From an uncultured bacterium (GTDB lineage: Bacteria; Bdellovibrionota_B; Oligoflexia; Oligoflexales; CACXFL01): a DNA stretch of 57,665 nt. The stretch lies in the NCBI GenBank assembly GCA_902766925.1, contig CACXFL010000035.1, positions 1 through 57,665 of the forward strand, written 5' to 3'. Numbering within the stretch: position 1 is the stretch's first letter; every line of letters begins with the position of its first letter. This document shows positions 30,001 through 38,501 of this stretch, piece after piece. The notes under the pieces were generated by a model. The model worked only from the letters and a program-made list of their open reading frames with translations. It did no database searches and was not told the origin of the DNA. The translations under genes were made by a program, and so were the position numbers.

Positions 30001-31165
30001 TGATAATAATATTATTAACCTATCTAATCTTGATCAAATATCTGAAATTATCTCTGATATATCAGTAAAAAAATTATTTACCTCTCAACAACTCTATAAA
30101 CTCAGTGTTAAAATCTTAAAAATCAACGGTATTAGTAATATTACTATAGATCATATAATACCTATACTTATATCTCTTATAAAAGAAGATCTTAAACTTT
30201 CAACCAACAAAAACATTACAGGTTATAAGTTTTTAACTGTTCAAAATATTATTAATGATTTTCTTCCTATCCTTTCTAAACAACTTGATGCTGTAAATTC
30301 TTTAAGAGAACTGATAAAAGAAAGAATTGCCATAACTTATTCTACCAATGGAGTAAGCTCTCTTGGCAAATATATGATTAGATTTAATTTAGATCTTATT
30401 TCATATCTAACGGATATTCCTTTATTTAGAAAATTAATTCTTATTTCCATGTTACCAAAAGAGGCTCTTTTATATGTAAAAAATTCTAATAAAGACTTGA
30501 ACTACTCTGATTTAATATCTAGATTTAGAAACTTAACTAAAGAAGTAAAAAACTCATCTTCTCCTTCTTATATAAAAGAACTTGCTAAATCCGTTATATT
30601 AGATCTTGATTCAGTACTAGATCTAAATACTCAAGTAGAAAACGGAATTGAGGCAATTAATAATTGGGATTCTTCTGATTTTGATTCCGAAAGAGCTATT
30701 TCATTTAGGGAAAAGATATCCATATATCAGTCTTTACTCAATGAAATAGAACTTGGATTTATCCCGGTTAATCTCAGTCACAAAGATTATATTGGTCTTG
30801 GTTACGATATATTATCTATCAGCAAACAAGAAACTAAACTTATAGAAGTAAAATCTAAATGGGCTCTGTTTTCTGTAGAGTTTCCTCCTAGTATCAGCCT
30901 AAATGAAGCAAGAGTTGCTCTTAATGCACACAAAGATCCTTCAAATGGTTCATATTTTATATACTTAGTGCCTTTAAATAAGGCTGAAAGAAAAGAGTTT
31001 GGTAATTTAATTAATATAGATATAAACTGGGGTAGGCTTGAATATATTTATGAATCTATGAAGGATCCAGAATACGATAATCCTAATTATCAGATTCTAA
31101 ATTCTGAAAAAAAGATTTTTTTAAGAGATTTTACACAAAATTTTACTAGAAGATTTTATCAGTAA
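27086..31165 (+). CDS. Giant secreted paralog 3 of 4, with a C-terminal PD-(D/E)xK DUF3883-like module
   Basis: AGGAGAAG RBS, 14 nt after paralog 2. Signal peptide is ...ICIPAVLIISTLILSPLTQSIFA/EDD. The C-terminus carries GLGYDILSIS...LIEVKSK. Confidence 0.9.
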   Translation: MFSKLLNLLQVNSICIPAVLIISTLILSPLTQSIFAEDDNCHDIFLRTDKVSKFGLFNPKKPIQESKYDDIIYTEEQFINSNQYKKYIAKLKKKSTQKEYKESGIRIIENFNKILNQAISHIDKFSFDEAKNLYLIMIMFQSILFEDSISETLIEYFRDTLHYRKENVIEDPDLSKLLNIEETTDFKSRLVEIKDQISRSNSKGANLIFINLEVILEINEYLSGLSKQADTSKNIIENLASSIVKSDKITSLLYPLYLFVHLFNSINLKPYINTLRMEDFLKDLDYVKENLQSVVMPLQLLFYNKISNLVSMAEPDDFYKVLDIYTIHPLFNISTNINHLDGFDMSQDPSFIFLITTVDFIKFIEDNVSSELKDIGNNLSIKDRFKIIQPRKDFIIKSFLYHSVKDKDSISEEVLSSLSVKSNYFSDDLITLIITIQWWVYSNLRNTQVNIHDDNLFSNSGSDIFEIYSALNDFDKRVLVWYLNYIPRIYMQVQADDYREDLIKGLFTQNAFFSDLILHSIPSSKNKFKEIENSMYVIYSQNNIIENFILELPTDESFNSELYADMVENIFTNGLYLTLAKKITLRFADKYNEIIDALFKRFQSLSKDDKGFLIQKIAISTTSIPILESTIDALNKYNLNSLNNLYFQNLDFSRLLYTLSNLTTEEQEKFLKNNTIVSKLIALTNTPINVKQFIAQLLIKKKELSQAEFDYLLSYRKDLKIDDPIISSKIMSQGLKETIDLINKRMYLNIFGAKEAICSNISNLSLEEIKELSIEELKIIIIFLVYNTKIPDVENTIISILDKRSDIVENLIKEISNSSFLSNEMNTLKEFLILHNYMKKAPKIKREVIKTIQVSEVEQGTIKASDVEVLVQDIIETQNLTSIINVVELLNKLILENQKISNLNNGKREVRELQKSLDLILKMFEKFSFDRYALSKQAFYSRLSFDSLMYIISNISNYRLKDTIYSILIYWIDNNIINLSNLDQISEIISDISVKKLFTSQQLYKLSVKILKINGISNITIDHIIPILISLIKEDLKLSTNKNITGYKFLTVQNIINDFLPILSKQLDAVNSLRELIKERIAITYSTNGVSSLGKYMIRFNLDLISYLTDIPLFRKLILISMLPKEALLYVKNSNKDLNYSDLISRFRNLTKEVKNSSSPSYIKELAKSVILDLDSVLDLNTQVENGIEAINNWDSSDFDSERAISFREKISIYQSLLNEIELGFIPVNLSHKDYIGLGYDILSISKQETKLIEVKSKWALFSVEFPPSISLNEARVALNAHKDPSNGSYFIYLVPLNKAERKEFGNLINIDINWGRLEYIYESMKDPEYDNPNYQILNSEKKIFLRDFTQNFTRRFYQ

Positions 31166-31247
31166 TCTTTTTTCATAAAATAGTAGATGGCCTATCATAC
31201 TAAATATTTATTTGTTTTTACTTATAGTACTGTAGGAAAATATTTAA

Positions 31248-34200
31248 ATGAATTTAAAATATAAACATAACCACCTTATTTATTTTTTTAACTTATCTTT
31301 AATGTTACTAGTAGTATTTTCTCCATCACTAGTAATAGCAGAAGGGGACTGTTCGAGGATTTTTAAAATAAAGCCTTCTATTTCGTTACCTCATTATATT
31401 AATAGAAATAGTAATGAACAGGACGGCAATATAGAAGAAGAATCAGAAGTTATAAAACAACTAAGAAAAATTCAGCTCTCTTCTAACTCTGGAAAACAAC
31501 ATATTGAAGCAGTACAAAAATCCCTCATTGAAGCATATCAAAAAAGTTATAAATACTTCATATTAGGAATATCTAATCTAAGTTATTCTCAAGCATCATC
31601 TACTTATACTCTTATGATGTTTATAAAATATTTAATTGCACCTTCCTCCGTTCCTGAAGAATTTAAAAATTATGTTGATAGTCATTTAAACCCTAATTTA
31701 TCTATTATTTACGAGGAGAGATCTTATGAAATATTGGAGTTGAACCCTAACTCTGATTTTGTAGCTTTAGCAAAAGAACACCTTGTACTTCCTCCTATTA
31801 AGGATCATATTAGATATTCTCAACTTTTATCATCACTTAATACTTCTTTTAAAACATATGCTCAAAAAATTGATCGAACAACCCCTACCGATAAAAATAT
31901 CAAAATTATTCTTCAAGATGCTTTAAAAAAATATATGCAACTCAAAGATAATTCATGGGTTCTATATTCTTATGCACAACATTCCTCTAACATAGATATA
32001 CACTCTTTCTCCCAATTTAAAATCGATGAAGTATTAAAATGTCTAAATGTATTTAAAACTTTATTTAAACTTTCTATTCTTCCATATAAATTTAAACTTG
32101 TAGACAAATTGACATCTATTATCTCACAACTTTCTTCAGATGATTTTACTGACCTTCTTAGATTCCTTATTGCATATCCTGAACTCATGATAACTACATT
32201 AACTTTCAATGAAGAGATACCTTTTGTAGATGATAAAAACCTACTATTTACCATAACTCTTGAAAGATTTATAGATAATACCAATCAAATGTTAGAAAAA
32301 AAACTACCTCGTTCAGATCTAAAAACAGTTAAACAAATCTATGAAGTTGCAATTAAAAATATAGATTCTTATTTAAATATGGTATTAGAAGACATTTTTT
32401 TACTGGATCAATCGGAAAAAATTGAAAAACACAACGTTTACAGTAATGAATTTATCGCCCTTGTAGTTTCTATACATTATTGGATATATACTCACTATCC
32501 TCATGAAGAATATGAGGATCTAGATTCTATAAATGACGATGAGTTATCTAACCATATAAAAGCTAATACCCCTGGTTTTGCTAAAGAAGTAGTTGATATT
32601 TTTTCAACTCTTGATCCTTTAAATAAGACTGTTTTCTTATGGTATATGGGGGTAATGCCTTATGTATATGATGTGGGCATTAATACTGTACAATCTGAAG
32701 TTGTAAGTGCATTTAATATAGGTATTTTTGATCTTCTCTTTCAAAAGGTTATAAATTCAAATGTTGTTGATGAGAAAGTCATTTCTGAAATAATGTATCT
32801 AACTGCTAATGATGTAGATATGTTTTTAAAATTTTTGTTACAGTGTAGAGCAGAAAATGAGGTAGATAAAAAAATAATTTTTACACTTATAAAAGAGTCT
32901 TTAACACCTCCATTTTTAACTTCTAGCTTAAAGTATCTTAGACTTAGTTTAACTGATAATTTAATTACTATAGATGATATACTTAACTATTTTTATTCTG
33001 ATTCTTTTTCAAAATCAGACGAATTGAAACAAAATTTAATTTATATACTTGCCAAATCTACTACTACATTTAATGAGTTAGAATCCATAATTACATCTCT
33101 AATAAACCATGATTTATCAGCTATGATTGGTACTTATTTTTCATATATTGATATGGATAAGTTTATTCAAGATAATACTGACTACCTTGAACAAGAAGCA
33201 AATACAATTAGTACTAAATCTAAAGTCTTAACTCAATTAATTCAATTGCCCAAAGTTCCTACAAATGCTAAAAGGCTTATCTCGTTTATTTTTCTAAAAA
33301 AAGGTATTCTATCCTACACAGAACTTAGTTTTATACTCTATTATAAAAAAGATATTTCCGTATCTGATTCACAGATTATTGATAAAGTTAAATCCATCGA
33401 ATTAAAAGATTGTCTTTCTTTTATAAATAAAAGAACCTATCTAGATATCCCTGCTGTTAAAGAAACTCTTATCTCAAATCTTATCAAAATGAACACTAAT
33501 GAAATAACAACCCTATCATTTGACGAGATTAAATCCATCGTTATATTCCTGATATCTAACACTAAATTCACTGGTGTAGAAGATAAAATTGTTTCTATCC
33601 TAAGCCAAAGAGAGGATGTAACTAATGATTTTATAAACGAGATTAACTCCTCTTCTCTACTATCAGAATCTTTAACTACAATGAAAGAGCTGATGATTAC
33701 TCATAATTTTATGAAAAAAGCCCCTAAGATCAAGCGTGAAGTTATAAAAAAGGTTCAAATAAATTCTATCGATCATGGGACTATCAGAGCTACTGAAGTT
33801 GAACTTCTAGTAAAAGATATAATTGATAACCAAGATATAGAATCTACTATAAATGTTGTTCAGTTACTTAATAAATTAGTAACTGAAATAGATACCATCC
33901 TAGATAAAAATAATGGAAAGCGTGTAGTAAAAGAACTACAAAAAAGTTTAGATCTAATATTAAAAATGCTTCAAAATTTCCCTATGAATAAATATCCTCT
34001 AGTGAAACAAGTATTTTATTCAAATTTAAGTTTTGACTCTTTTGATTATCTTATATCAAATATCACAAACTATAAATTAAAAGAGTTTATTTACTCAATA
34101 TTCTCCTACTGGATTGATTCTAACATTATTAACCATTCAAACGTAGACCAGTTTACAGATTCTCTGTTACAACTATCTGATAAAAAAATATATTCTACAC

Positions 34201-35267
34201 AACTCTTATATAAGTTAGTTTTAAAACTTTTAAAAATATCAAATAAAGATAATAAATCTTCTGGTCAGTTGATAAGATTTTTAACTGCCACTATAAAAAA
34301 TGATACCAAGCCTACTAGTTCTAAAGATAATCCTCGTTTTAGTTTTCTCAACTCATCTAGTATTATAAATGAACTTCTTCCTGTAATATCTAAATTACAA
34401 GAATTATCAGAACCTTTAAGAGAAGTTCTAAAACAAAAGTTATCTAAAACCTATTCTATAGAAGGGGTGAATCAAACTAATCTATATATTATAAAACTTA
34501 ATCATGCTCTTATAAATTCTGTTTCATCATTACCTCTTTATAAGAAACTTATACTCTTATCCGTACTTTCAGATGAAGCTGTGTTATATCTTAAAAATCA
34601 AGAGGATCTATCTAAGTTTAATGAAACGGTATCTTCATTAAAACGTTTAATAAATTATTCTAAAAATCATCCTCAATATATAGTAGATCTAGCTAGCTCA
34701 GTTATTCAAAGATTAAATGAAGTTCTCTTATTAAAAGATCAAATAAAAAGAAACCTTAACGTTATATATAACCAAAATGAGGCAGAGTTTGTTACTGAGG
34801 ATTCTTTCCATCTTAGAGAGCAAACCTCAATATATATACTATTTTTACAAGAAATTAAAAAAGGAAGGATATGTCTTAATCTTAGTGATCGTAGTTTTAA
34901 AGGGTTAGGATATGATGTTGTAAGTGTGGATTCTCAGTCAACTCATTATACTGAAGTAAAATCTAAAATGAATGTACACTCTTCAGATTATCCAGTAAGC
35001 ATCTCTTTAAATGAAGCACATGTTGCACTGAAATTTCACTTAAAGCAACTAGACGGGAATTATCATCTTGTATTAGTCCCTTTAAGCCAACACGATATAA
35101 TGAAATATGGAGAAGTTATAGAAATGAATATAAACTGGGCAATACTTCAAAGAATCTTAGAATATTATCAAGATCCAGACCTGTTAGATTATGGATTTAC
35201 TATAATAGATAAGTTAGATCATCAAATTCTTCTCCGTGATTTTACTGAAAATCTATTTCGGGAATAG
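31248..35267 (+). CDS. Giant secreted paralog 4 of 4, with a C-terminal PD-(D/E)xK DUF3883-like module
   Basis: Starts 82 nt after paralog 3. Signal peptide is MNLKYKHNHLIYFFNLSLMLLVVFSPSLVIA/EGD. The C-terminus carries FKGLGYDVVSV...HYTEVKSK...SLNEAHVAL...YHLVLVPL. Confidence 0.9.
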   Translation: MNLKYKHNHLIYFFNLSLMLLVVFSPSLVIAEGDCSRIFKIKPSISLPHYINRNSNEQDGNIEEESEVIKQLRKIQLSSNSGKQHIEAVQKSLIEAYQKSYKYFILGISNLSYSQASSTYTLMMFIKYLIAPSSVPEEFKNYVDSHLNPNLSIIYEERSYEILELNPNSDFVALAKEHLVLPPIKDHIRYSQLLSSLNTSFKTYAQKIDRTTPTDKNIKIILQDALKKYMQLKDNSWVLYSYAQHSSNIDIHSFSQFKIDEVLKCLNVFKTLFKLSILPYKFKLVDKLTSIISQLSSDDFTDLLRFLIAYPELMITTLTFNEEIPFVDDKNLLFTITLERFIDNTNQMLEKKLPRSDLKTVKQIYEVAIKNIDSYLNMVLEDIFLLDQSEKIEKHNVYSNEFIALVVSIHYWIYTHYPHEEYEDLDSINDDELSNHIKANTPGFAKEVVDIFSTLDPLNKTVFLWYMGVMPYVYDVGINTVQSEVVSAFNIGIFDLLFQKVINSNVVDEKVISEIMYLTANDVDMFLKFLLQCRAENEVDKKIIFTLIKESLTPPFLTSSLKYLRLSLTDNLITIDDILNYFYSDSFSKSDELKQNLIYILAKSTTTFNELESIITSLINHDLSAMIGTYFSYIDMDKFIQDNTDYLEQEANTISTKSKVLTQLIQLPKVPTNAKRLISFIFLKKGILSYTELSFILYYKKDISVSDSQIIDKVKSIELKDCLSFINKRTYLDIPAVKETLISNLIKMNTNEITTLSFDEIKSIVIFLISNTKFTGVEDKIVSILSQREDVTNDFINEINSSSLLSESLTTMKELMITHNFMKKAPKIKREVIKKVQINSIDHGTIRATEVELLVKDIIDNQDIESTINVVQLLNKLVTEIDTILDKNNGKRVVKELQKSLDLILKMLQNFPMNKYPLVKQVFYSNLSFDSFDYLISNITNYKLKEFIYSIFSYWIDSNIINHSNVDQFTDSLLQLSDKKIYSTQLLYKLVLKLLKISNKDNKSSGQLIRFLTATIKNDTKPTSSKDNPRFSFLNSSSIINELLPVISKLQELSEPLREVLKQKLSKTYSIEGVNQTNLYIIKLNHALINSVSSLPLYKKLILLSVLSDEAVLYLKNQEDLSKFNETVSSLKRLINYSKNHPQYIVDLASSVIQRLNEVLLLKDQIKRNLNVIYNQNEAEFVTEDSFHLREQTSIYILFLQEIKKGRICLNLSDRSFKGLGYDVVSVDSQSTHYTEVKSKMNVHSSDYPVSISLNEAHVALKFHLKQLDGNYHLVLVPLSQHDIMKYGEVIEMNINWAILQRILEYYQDPDLLDYGFTIIDKLDHQILLRDFTENLFRE

Positions 35268-35402
35268 GTTATCAGGGTATTAATTTAAGGCATTTAATGT
35301 TTATTAATGAAAATATTTTTTGTATAATCTTTTGACTTTATTAGTTATACAATATATTGATTTTATTGGTTAATAGCAAAAACTATATTAAAGGAAACTA
35401 GT

Positions 35403-37181
35403 ATGAGTGAATCGATAAATGTATGTAAAACAGCTATATCTGAAATTATTTTATCTGAACTTAAAAAAAATTTTTCTGACTGTTCTATCGATATAGATAC
35501 ATATTCATTTTTAGAACGACCTCCTGAAATAGATTTGGGGGACTATGCTTTTCCTTGTTTTAAGCTATCTAAACAACTGAAAAAATCTCCAGCTATTATT
35601 GCTACTACTCTGAGTGAATCTATTAATTCTCAAAAATATGATTGGATTACCTCTTGTAGTGTAGCTGGAGCTTTTTTAAATATTAAAGTTAATCACACAA
35701 AACTTGCTGAATATCTTTTTGATGTTACATCTTCTTCTAAGTTTTTCTCTGAAATTAAAGACTACCAACAAGTAAAAAAACAAACTGTTATGATTGAGTT
35801 TTCTCAACCAAATACCCATAAAGAATTTCATATCGGACATTTGAGAAATTTATTTCTGGGAGATTCTTTGTGTAGACTGTATAGATACTGTGGTCACAGG
35901 GTTACTGCTGCAAACTATCCTGGAGATGAAGGAGCTCATATTGCAAAATGTCTATGGTACATAGATAAAACACAAGCACTTAAAGATGCTCCAAGCGAAG
36001 ATCGAGGAGGATGGTTAGGAGATTTCTACACTGGATCTGTAAAGAAGCTTTCAACTCTTTCAGAAGAAGAAAAGAAAGAAGCAAATAAAGAACTTTCCTT
36101 GATACTTAACGAAATAGAAAATAAAAATGGAAAATTTTACGATATGTGGAAACTTACAAGACAATGGTCACTTGAGAGTTTCTATAAGATTTACGATTAT
36201 TTTGATGTAAAATTCGATTGTTATTTTTTTGAATCAGAACTTTCTGCCATCAGTCAACAAATAGTAGATGAGTACCTCCAAAAAGGTATATTTACAATTT
36301 CTGAGGGCGCTGTTGGTATGGATCTTAAGGATGATAACTTGGGATTTCTTCTTTTAAGGAAACAGGATGGAAATACTCTGTATGCTACTAAAGATCTTGC
36401 TCTAGCAAGAAAGAAGTTTGAAACATATCATGTTGAAAAATCTATATATGTAGTTGCATCAGAACAAAATCTTCATTTCCAACAAGTATTTAAAACCCTA
36501 GAACATATGGGGTTTTCTCAAGCTAAAGATTGTTTCCATTTAAGCTATGGACTTGTAGTATTACCAGAAGGGAAAATGTCTTCAAGAGAAGGAAACGTTG
36601 TAAAATTTAAAGAGCTTCGTTCTAAAATAGAAGAAGAACTATCTGTTATATTAGAGAAATATAAAGACAGTTGGGATGAGACTGAAATAGAGTCTACTAA
36701 ACAAAAACTATGTGTTGGAGCTTTGAAATATGGAATGTTAAACACTGATCCTATTAAAAATGTAGTGTTTAATCTTAAAGAGTGGATATCTTTTGAAGGA
36801 AATTCTGGTCCTTATCTTATGTATACTTATGCAAGAACTTCTTCAATTTTGAAGAAAGCCTATCTTGAACATAATATAGATTGTTCTAAAGTTTATTCAG
36901 ATTTATCTTTTAATGAACCCGAAAGTTATGAACTCTTAAATTATATACAGGATTTTAATGAAGTGGTTCTTCAATCTTGTTTGTCTTACAAACCTAGTAT
37001 TCTTACCCATTATCTTTTTGATATGTGTAAAGCTTTTAATCGTTTCTATATAAAATGTCCTGTACTTAAAGAACAAAACCTTGATATTTTAAAAGACAGA
37101 GTAACGTTGGTAGCTACTTTTTCTAAAACCTTGTATCAGGGACTGGCTTTGCTTGGAATTACTCCTCCAGATAGAATGTAG
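35403..37181 (+). CDS. argS: Arginine--tRNA ligase
   Basis: Class I signature SQPNTHKEFHIGHLRN, ...LYATKDLALA..., and the typical C-terminal anticodon-binding domain ending ...GITPPDRM. A TGTATAAT extended -10 lies at 35321-35328 upstream. Confidence 0.93.
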   Translation: MSESINVCKTAISEIILSELKKNFSDCSIDIDTYSFLERPPEIDLGDYAFPCFKLSKQLKKSPAIIATTLSESINSQKYDWITSCSVAGAFLNIKVNHTKLAEYLFDVTSSSKFFSEIKDYQQVKKQTVMIEFSQPNTHKEFHIGHLRNLFLGDSLCRLYRYCGHRVTAANYPGDEGAHIAKCLWYIDKTQALKDAPSEDRGGWLGDFYTGSVKKLSTLSEEEKKEANKELSLILNEIENKNGKFYDMWKLTRQWSLESFYKIYDYFDVKFDCYFFESELSAISQQIVDEYLQKGIFTISEGAVGMDLKDDNLGFLLLRKQDGNTLYATKDLALARKKFETYHVEKSIYVVASEQNLHFQQVFKTLEHMGFSQAKDCFHLSYGLVVLPEGKMSSREGNVVKFKELRSKIEEELSVILEKYKDSWDETEIESTKQKLCVGALKYGMLNTDPIKNVVFNLKEWISFEGNSGPYLMYTYARTSSILKKAYLEHNIDCSKVYSDLSFNEPESYELLNYIQDFNEVVLQSCLSYKPSILTHYLFDMCKAFNRFYIKCPVLKEQNLDILKDRVTLVATFSKTLYQGLALLGITPPDRM

Positions 37182-37245
37182 GAGTATTTTATATAATAAA
37201 TATTTTAACTTTTAAATTAACCGTTTTAGTATAATTGGAGAACAA

Positions 37246-38490
37246 GTGATAAAATTAAATCAAAATCATCTCAAATTACGTTCTAATTATTTATTTGCTA
37301 CTATTAATCAAAAAATTAATGAATTTAAAAAGAATCATCCAGATGTAGTAGATCAGATTATAAAACTAGGTATAGGAGATGTAACCCGTCCTTTACCTCG
37401 AGTATGTATAGAAGCTATGATTAAAGCATCAGAAGAAATGTCTCATACTGAGACATTTAGAGGATATCCTGATTACGAGGGAGATAGTTATTTGATAGAT
37501 GCTATAGTTAATAAAGATTATCTTCCTAAGGGAGTAAATATCGATAGAAGTGAAGTATTTGTTTCTGACGGAGCAAAATCAGATACTGCAAATTTTCAAG
37601 AGTTATTTGATACTGATGTTAAAATCGCTGTATCAGACCCTGTATATCCAGTATACGTAGATAGTAATGTTATGGCAGGACGTTCTGGAGAATTTAAGGA
37701 TGGTAGGTGGACTAATATCACCTATCTTGATGCTACTGAACAAAACGGTTTTATTCCTAAGGTTCCAGATGAAAAAGTGGATATAATGTATATATGTTCT
37801 CCTAATAATCCTACCGGACAAGCTTTTTCAAGATCACAACTTAAAGCATTTGTAGATTACGCTATAGAAAATAATAGCCTAATCTTCTTCGATGCCGCTT
37901 ATGAGGCTTATATTACGGAACCAGATATTCCTCACAGTATTTATGAAATCCCTGGGGCTAAAAAAGTTTCAATAGAATTTAAGAGCTTTTCTAAAACTGC
38001 TGGATTTACTGGAGTTAGATGTTCGTACTGTATTGTTCCAAAAGATATAGTGATTAAAGATCCTATTTCAAAAGAAGAAGTTAGTTTAAATAAATTATGG
38101 TATAGAAGACAAGCTACAAAATTTAATGGAGTATCTTATATAACTCAACGAGGTGCTGAAGCTACTTTCTCAGATCAAGGTCAAACTGAAATAAAACAAA
38201 TTATTCGCTACTATCTTGATAATGCTTCAATAATTAAATCAGCTTTAAACAATGTTGGATTTACTACCTTCGGAGGTATTAACTCTCCATACGTTTGGGT
38301 AAAAACTCCTAACGGGATGCTATCCTGGCAGTTTTTTGATTATATGCTAGAAAAACTTCATATTGTAGGAACTCCTGGAGTCGGTTTTGGAAAATGTGGA
38401 GAAGGATACTTCAGATTCACTGCTTTCTCTTCTAGAGAAAATACTGAAAAGGCTTCTAATAGAATCGCTAACCATAAGTTTGGTAACTAA
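37246..38490 (+). CDS. dapL: LL-diaminopimelate aminotransferase (DapL-type)
   Basis: GTG start. N-terminal LNQNHLKLRSNYLFATINQKINEFKKNHPD..IIKLGIGDVTRPLP and the PLP-lysine motif SFSKTAGFTGVRCSY are characteristic of DapL. Confidence 0.85.
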   Translation: MIKLNQNHLKLRSNYLFATINQKINEFKKNHPDVVDQIIKLGIGDVTRPLPRVCIEAMIKASEEMSHTETFRGYPDYEGDSYLIDAIVNKDYLPKGVNIDRSEVFVSDGAKSDTANFQELFDTDVKIAVSDPVYPVYVDSNVMAGRSGEFKDGRWTNITYLDATEQNGFIPKVPDEKVDIMYICSPNNPTGQAFSRSQLKAFVDYAIENNSLIFFDAAYEAYITEPDIPHSIYEIPGAKKVSIEFKSFSKTAGFTGVRCSYCIVPKDIVIKDPISKEEVSLNKLWYRRQATKFNGVSYITQRGAEATFSDQGQTEIKQIIRYYLDNASIIKSALNNVGFTTFGGINSPYVWVKTPNGMLSWQFFDYMLEKLHIVGTPGVGFGKCGEGYFRFTAFSSRENTEKASNRIANHKFGN

Positions 38491-38501
38491 CAAGCTTATG
38501 G

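Noticed and set aside
18858-35267. The paralog array as a classical polymorphic toxin / contact-dependent inhibition locus
   Set aside because: Polymorphic toxins have conserved N-terminal delivery regions, hypervariable C-terminal toxins, and an adjacent small immunity gene. Here the C-terminus is the conserved part and the N-terminal region is the variable part. The intergenic gaps (18, 14 and 82 nt) leave no room for immunity ORFs. I saw no Rhs/YD, haemagglutinin-repeat, PAAR, LXG or pre-toxin motifs.
18858-35267. Diversity-generating retroelement or CRISPR-like repeat structure as the explanation for the repeated sequence
   Set aside because: The repeats are kilobase-scale coding paralogs, not short repeat-spacer units. 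No reverse transcriptase, template/variable repeat pair with adenine-specific differences, or cas gene is present in the window.
17571-35402. The paralog array as a genomic island integrated at ssrA (tmRNA genes are classical integration hotspots)
   Set aside because: There is no integrase or recombinase gene. I could not find a direct repeat of the ssrA 3' end (GATTCTCGCCACCTCCA) downstream, for example in 35268-35402. There is no obvious compositional shift by eye, and a thioesterase-like gene lies between ssrA and the array. It remains possible but is unsupported.
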